Shown here: positions 57,201-64,000 of the stretch, piece by piece
How the letters are laid out: every line of letters starts with the position of its first letter
How positions within the stretch are numbered: the stretch's first letter is position 1
From: Paraspadella gotoi
Taxonomy: Eukaryota > Animalia > Chaetognatha
Assembly (NCBI GenBank): GCA_051294375.1
Contig: CM119269.1
Coordinates: forward strand, 21,065,665-21,129,664
Direction: 5' to 3'
DNA: 64,000 nucleotides
Made by a program: the position numbers and the translations under genes
The notes under the pieces: model-generated
Seen by the model: the letters and a program-made list of their open reading frames with translations, nothing else
Database searches by the model: none
What the model was told of the DNA's origin: nothing

Positions 57201-59835
57201 GTCAGCGTCGCGTTGAGGACGTTTTCAAAGTTAAATTCACTGAGGACCCAATTTCGAGGCTCCAAATTGCCGTCGACTCCGCGAGGAAAATAGAAACCTA
57301 TGTATATTGTATAAGCAATAATAAAAAAATTCTTAACGATGAAAAATAACTTGCACGGGACAGAATCTGAATCGGAGACTTTAAGCGTGAATCCTCAAAA
57401 CGTCACAGAGACTCACCGTGGCAATTCTCTTCGTCGTGGATGGAAGGATCAGTGCAAGACCAAAACTTTTGCGAAAAAAGTTCGACTCCGATGGAAGCGA
57501 AGATAAATTGAAAGAAGAAATAGATGACGAGGATACCGAACACGTTGCGGACGGACTGTTGGGGGGTGGTTAAAGGAAATGTTAGGAAAGAGGAAAAAAA
57601 TAAAAGAGAAGGTCAGGGAGGAATGGAAAGGAAAGGAAAGGAAAGGAAAGGAAAGGAAAGGAAAGGAAAGGAAAGGAAAGGAAAGGAAAGGAAAGGAAAG
57701 GAAAGGAAGGGGAGAAGAAAAAGAGATAAAAAAATATGAAAAAAAAAGAAAAGAAAAGAGTAAGAAATGAAAGGCAAAGTTAAAAAATGAATGGCAAATA
57801 ACAAAAAAGAAGGAAAAGAAAGGAAGCGATAAACAAAACTAAGTAAAAATAAAAATGAAAGAAAAAACTAGTAATGAATTAACTGTGAAAGAGTCTTATT
57901 TAAAAGTTTTTTATGTTGTGTTTATCTTGTAAAAGGGATGTAAACCAATAAAATTCACCCAAGCTGGTAAAAAGTCAGGGGCAAGATATCTTATTTATTG
58001 AAAGAATGGATAATTTTAATAGTGCTGTAGTCGGGCATTGCAATGCCCGACTCCAGTGCTCTCTGCCTCACCTTGACGATGCAATCAAAGACGGCTTTGA
58101 GTTTCGGGAGTCGATTGATCGACTTCAAAGGCCTCAAGACTCTTAACACTCGGAGAATCTTCACCATGTTGAACTTGGTCTTCGTGCACTTGGGAACTTC
58201 GGACGCGACGGTCGTGAGAGCGTCGGCGGCTGCCGATGCTGCCGCTGCTGCCGCTGGGAAGAATGGAACGGATTCGTTGAAAGTTGCTGAGGAAGCGTTC
58301 GAGGGGAATTCTCGGAGTGCGGACGAGACGTTGCCGAAGAGACTCGCGTTGACGGCGTCAAAGGTGGCGTTGACGCCGTCGGGGTCGACCGGCGCGTGAC
58401 TGGCGGCGTCGAGCTCGTCGCAGCGGGCGGAGGCGGAGACTCTGAGGCCGAAGGAGACGCCGGCGCCGGCGACGACGAGGAGATCGAGAAGATTCCAGGG
58501 GTCCCGACAGTAAGAACCCGGATGTAAGACGAATCCGGCGTCGACGACTTTGAGGAGGAATTCGATGACGAAGACGATGGTGAAGGCGTCGTCGAAATGC
58601 TGAGGAAGGTGGTTGGATTGGTTGGATTGATTGGATTGATTGGATTGGTTGGATTGGTTGGATTGGTTGAATTGGTTGAATTGGTTGGATTGGTTGGATT
58701 GGTTGGATTGGTTGGATTGGTTGAATCGGTTGGATTGGTTGGATTGGTTGAATAGGTTGAATCGGTTGGATTGCCAGTTAATATTATATTGTTATACGAT
58801 TACGAGCGATAAAACTTTAATCGAGCCTTCTTTGTCAAATTCTAAAAAAGGTATAACGTATAATGAAATTAAATTTCAAATTACTACTTAAATTTTCATG
58901 TACTAAGCAATCCAAGTATCCAAGTATAAAGTATTGATTTTGTTGCACATCGGTTTTTTTAAATTTTTCGATGGCAAACAATTTGAACGACTAATTCCAC
59001 CAAGCTAAAGTTTTAAAAAAAAGTTTGAAGTTAACTCGAGAAAAAGTCCCACCTCCAAAATTTGGTTTCTGACTTCGTCGACTTCCGTTGGGTCCTCGGC
59101 GGCCAAAGTGATGGAGCTAAAGACGATGACGATCATGATGACCGTGTCGAAATAACGGAGGGAGATGACGCGACCGCAGAAGCGTCGAATCGGGTTCGAA
59201 CGCGTGAAGACGAAGAGGGACCAGTAGTCGTATTTCTGTGAATTGTAGAGTTAATGAATGAGAGAATGAATTATTGCATGATTGATTAACTCTATGAATA
59301 ATGTATGAAATGAATGAATGAATGAATGAATGAATTAAAATAAAGTATTATAGGGAAAGCGAAAACCCAGTTATTTCTCACCGTCTTTACCACTTCTTCG
59401 TTCTCTTCCTCCTCTCTCTCTTCCTCACTCTTCTCTCCTTCCTCCATCGACTCCATCTCCTCGCTTCTCCTCCTCTTCGTCTCGAGGGAACCTCCTCCCC
59501 CGCTCCCTCCTCCCTCTCTCTCGTCTCTAGAGAGGGAGAGATTCCTGTCCCTCTCGAACTTTCTCTTCCTCTCCATCTCTTCCTTCCTCGCCTTCTCCTT
59601 CTCCTCCTCCATCTCCTCCTCCTCCTCCCTCTCCATGGCCTTGCCCACGTTGTCGACGGCGATGGCGAGGAAGACGTTGAGGAGGGTGAAGTTGCCGAGG
59701 ACGACGACGAGGATGAAGTAGAGGCTGGGGTTTGGGGGGAGGAAGAGTTGGAGGAAATGAATTAGAAGTTTGATAATAATAATAAAATGTCCCGAAAAGT
59801 CGCAAGAGTCAAAATAAAATAAAAATAAGTCAAAA

Positions 59836-59890
<55 letters not shown>

Positions 59891-62800
59891 AAGTCAAAAT
59901 AAATAAATAAATATAATCGAATAATAATAAATAATAATAATAAAATAAAATAATAAAATGTCCCGAAAAGTCGCAAGAGTCAAAATTTTTAAAAACCTTT
60001 CTTAATCTTTTAAAATGTAACGTTTATTGACGAGGACTCGGTTAAGTTGACTTGGCAACGATACTCGAAATATTAACCTCGCTGAGTCACTGACCAGTGT
60101 TGCATCGCGTAGTTAGACCAAGAGGGCGTCTCGTCTCCCGCCACGCCCCTGATCCCGTCGTACATCAAGGCGTTCCAGTCTTCGCCGGTGAGAATCTGAA
60201 AGACGGACATCATCGAAGTGGGGAAATCGTCGAAGTTGGCGAATGGCTGTGGGATGGAAATTAATTTATCAATTAATAATAATGTGGAGTTGTAATAAAA
60301 TAGTCTTGATTGAAAGCTTGCAGGGACCTGCTATGTCAATATCTTGTAAGAGTGATGGCGGCCTTAAACCACCAAAGCCTGTCCAAAGTCAGGGGGAAGA
60401 TAGCTTGTTTATTAAATGAATGGATAGTTTTTATATTGGTTGTACCAATTTCATAAATGATAAATCGTATGAGAACGAAAGTTTGTCACAGATTTTTGCG
60501 TCATTTCTCTTTGATCGCCTTATACTAGTTAGTAGTTATATTTATATAGTTATATAGTTATAGTTTACCTTTCCATCGGAGAAATTCATTCTGCCGCCGA
60601 AGAGCTGCATTCCGAGCAGAGCGAAGATGACCACAAAATTCAGAAGGAGGAAGAGAAGGGAGAGGATGCTGCGCGCCGAGTCGACGAGCGACTGGGCCAG
60701 ACTTTGGAGGGACTTCCAATACCTGGTGAATGCGACGTAAAGAAGAGAAATTTTATGAAATAAAAATTAATGTCTGACTCGATGTTTGTTTCAAAAATTT
60801 TTAAACGTTAATATAATTCACACATAATTAATTTATTTTTTTAAGCAATTTGCAATGATACCACTTCATTAATAAATAACTAAAATGTCTATTTCCTTAT
60901 GTTATAGTATAATTGTAATTTGTAATTACATTGTAATTTGTAAATTGTAATTATACTTGTAATTTTGAAAAATAAATGAAGAAGAAAAAGGAGAAAAACA
61001 AACTTGTTTATTAAATGAAAAGATCATTTTGAATTCTTCGAATTAAAACAATTTTTATATATATCGACCAATTTGAGTGCCGACCTGGTAACTTTAAAGA
61101 TCCTGAGAAGGCGCAGAGCGCGGAGGACGGTGAAGCCGAGCGCCTCGCCGACGGTGGCCTCGACGAGGGCGTCGACGATGCTGCCGGCGATGACGAGAAA
61201 ATCGAAGGTGTTGAAGTTGGAGGCGAAGAAGGTTTTCGCGCCGAAGACCCACATCTTGAGACCGACTTCGATAGTGAAGAGGAGAAGGAAAACCTGGAAA
61301 GGATAGTGGATCAAACTGACATCATTCCGAGTTGGCTTGCTGTGAATTCGAGAACCGTCCCTCTTTTCAAATCATCTACCCTCAATCATTCACTGGCGAT
61401 TTCTTCCCACATTTTCCTCTCATCGACTCTCTTCTTGTTCTAATTCTTTTTGTATTCTCCTTAACTGAACTTTTGTAAGAGATAGATTCTTAGAATAATA
61501 CTAAATGAGATTGAGATTGCATCCATCTCATTTGCATATAGTAGTAAATCATTTTAGGTCGGATTGATTTTTGTACTTTATTATTATTAGTCATATTTTG
61601 GGATTTTACAAAGCTTTTCTATATTGTTTAGTAGTTTAATTGATTCATAGATAATTTTATGATTGAGAGTTTATCTCTATCCTGGCTGACCTTTTCATAA
61701 CTCATATACTTTAAAAACAGTTTCCCCACGTCGCGATTCATCCACGCATCAACTCCTACCAGCTCCGACGAGTCCAAAAAATCCACCATCCACTGCGGTT
61801 GACCCGGATACTCCAACGCCGTGCAGAGTGTGTTGAGGAAGACGAGGAGGATGATCGTCCAGAACCAAAACTGCGACTTGAAGAGTCGCTTCATCAGTCG
61901 ACGCCACCGCGAGAGCGGGGGAGGTTTTCGCTCCTCGACCTCGAATTCACCTGCCTGCATCCAGGCGAAGTAGTCCTTCACCTAAGGAAAGAAAAGATTC
62001 ACCAATCATACCTTCTTTCGTATAAATAGTAAATAAAGCATTAATTATCGTAAAATATATATATTTATATTGATATATATAATATATTATATTGGTTGTA
62101 CCAATTTCATATATATATTATTGTCAATTTTTTCCGTCATATTCAATAATTGAGTTAGAATAGGTGAGCACGAAACACCGAGATTTACCCTGTATTTCTG
62201 GCCAGAAAAAAAAGGAAAAAAAATTGTGGCGTACAAGTACAACGTCGATTCCGGTCCAAACCTCGTTTTCGAATCGCTGCTTCCTCCTATTTTTGAGCAA
62301 CTGCATCCTGAACTCGTTCCGCCCCTTCTCGTTGCTGAACTGCGCCGACAAAACACCCAACACGAGGTTCAGCATGAAGAAACTTCCCACGACGACGAGA
62401 GGGAGGAAGAAGAGCCAGTTCCATCGGTTGCCGAGGGCGTCGTCGCACCAGTACATCACGTCCGTCCAGCCCTGAAGGGAGACGGAACAAGAATTCATCG
62501 CTTGGCAAAATATACTTACAGATTTACTCTTCGGATATTCCCTTTCCGGACGTCGGTAACGTAATTTAGTGCAACGGTCTAACGGGTCATCTTTGAACCT
62601 CAACAAAGAATGGCAATTCCAACCAAAGTGGCATTCGTTATTAGGTTGACAATTCACATTTGTATGAAATTGGTCGACCAATATAAAAATTATCCATTCA
62701 TTTAATAAATAAGCTATCTTTAAGGACTCCATCACACTTGCAAGATAATAACATAACAGGTTTCTGCAAGCTTTTAATCAAGCCTCTCTCACAGACTTGT

Positions 62801-63735
62801 TTATTCACTCCCAGTGAACCTGGCTTCCCTATCAATGAAGTGGTATAATATTTCAAAGAATGTTTCTTTTCTGTATTTATAAAGAATGGTATGGTATTTT
62901 TACTCAATGAGTCACCGGGTCACAACTGAAGGTGTTATGCTTATAGACTACATACACGTCAAAAGCTAAGTATTAAGTACGACAAGATTAAAATGCGAGT
63001 AGAACGGACAAAGTGACTGACCGACACAAAAATGATTTATGAAAATGTGAGTAGAATATATATATATACTTATAAAATGTGAGTCGAACGGACAAACTGA
63101 CAGACCGACACAAAAATGACTTATGAAGTTGCACACTGAAAAGCGAGTATTGGGAGATCAGATAAAAACCCTGGAGAAAAAAAGTGCCATATGGAAAGAC
63201 CTCCATGGTGAAGCATTGGAAGACGGTGAGAAGGGCGTTGCCGATGTTGTCGAAGGAGGTGATGCCGAAGTTGGGCCCCGTCCATCCAGGTTGGCAAGAG
63301 GAGATGTTGCGTGGACAGATGTTCGCCCCTGATACGATTACAAGGGAAAACTTTTTTTTTTTAAATTAACTAGAAATTAACTAGAAACAAATAATAGATG
63401 ACTTTTGCTAGGGTGTTTTTATTTTAATAAAAAAAAGTTAATTGTTTTAAGAAAATGTCATCTGGAGTCAACTCTCCTCCTACAATTAAATTATCAATTG
63501 CTCAACATTAGCCCATGAGCTAATCGTTAAACGGTATTTGGTTTCCTTGATTCGCAACATCACCCGATGCCTCGTCGTTGTCGAATTCGCTCATGAAACA
63601 TGGCCGCTCCTCCATCAACTGATTTGAGACGCGACCTTCGAGGATCTTGAAGCATCCTTGATGGAACACCCCCATGTAGGACTCCATGCCCATGATGGCG
63701 AAGATGAGCGTCGCGAAAAGAATCAGCACTCCCAC
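54207..63735 (-). CDS. Cav2: Voltage-gated calcium channel alpha1 subunit, divergent Cav2-type (5' part lies beyond the window)
   Basis: Pore loops TMEGW / TGEDW / STGEGWP / STGESWH (EEEE). Cav2-type motifs [55 protein letters not shown] and IQ region [17 protein letters not shown]. About 20 exons from 63735-63564 (IS5) to 54604-54207 (C-tail). Confidence 0.9.
54700..54835 (+). mobile_element. Copy of dispersed LINE-tail-like repeat
   Basis: Matches 43625-43770. Confidence 0.7.
57625..57707. repeat. (GGAAA)n pentanucleotide repeat
   Basis: Direct observation. Confidence 0.95.
58610..58772. repeat. (GGATTGGTT)n 9-bp minisatellite adjacent to a Cav2 splice acceptor
   Basis: Direct observation; explains the spurious DWL-repeat ORF. 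Confidence 0.9.
60300..60455 (-). mobile_element. Copy of dispersed LINE-tail-like repeat
   Basis: Reverse complement of 43625-43775. Confidence 0.7.
62660..62862 (+). mobile_element. Copy of dispersed LINE-tail-like repeat
   Basis: Matches 43625-43850 with an internal deletion. Confidence 0.7.
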
Positions 63736-63899
63736 CTGAGGCGGGAAAACAGTACAATACCGGGTCTTTCGAGCAACTGAATTGTAATAAAGAGACGTGT
63801 CTCAATATTATAATATATTATTTAAAAGCTGAAAGCTAAGGACTTTAATATTGGAGTAATGAATGTCAAGACATTAACATACTAAAATGAAAGCTAAAA

Positions 63900-64000
63900 A
63901 CGTTAGAGAAGAAAAAAAAATTAGAGAAGAAAGGAAAAAATAGAGAAGAAAGGAAAAAATAGAGAAGAAAGGAAAAAATAGAGAAGAAAGAAAAATAGAG
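63900..64000. repeat. ~19-bp purine-rich minisatellite (AAAAAATAGAGAAGAAAGG)n
   Basis: Direct observation. Confidence 0.85.

Noticed and set aside
58640-58891. DWLDWL repeat ORF
   Set aside because: Product of an intronic 9-bp minisatellite on the non-coding strand.
54207-63735. Altered ion selectivity (Na+-type filter) in the divergent channel
   Set aside because: All four pore loops retain Glu (EEEE).

Overview
Intron-rich animal (invertebrate-type) nuclear DNA with GC-rich exons, AT-rich introns, many microsatellites, four N-gaps and patchy indel quality (many frameshifts at 1-20 kb, nearly clean exons at 27-37 kb and 54-64 kb). Recognisable genes: a frameshifted nidogen-like gene (EGF-G2F-EGFs, +, ~1.7-4.8 kb) and asparagine synthetase (+, 14673-20218). 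On the minus strand there is a co-oriented block of an L-type Cav1 alpha1 subunit (26969-38019), a small unannotated secreted-peptide candidate (42561-44572), rabphilin (45089-50197) and a divergent Cav2-type alpha1 subunit (54207 to beyond the window end). The Cav1 first coding exon appears twice across a gap, probably an assembly artefact. The Cav2-like channel carries a ~90-aa Cys-bracketed, sequon-rich insertion in the domain III S3-S4 linker, a shortened domain IV pore loop, a divergent AID and a very short C-tail. Mobile DNA includes a Penelope GIY-YIG remnant, Tc1/mariner-type MITEs, Helentron/HINE-like elements (one with a nested structured tandem repeat), a CR1-like LINE tail family and a tRNA-derived SINE. 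All calls come from manual reading and recalled family motifs; no database search was run, and exon boundaries are approximate.
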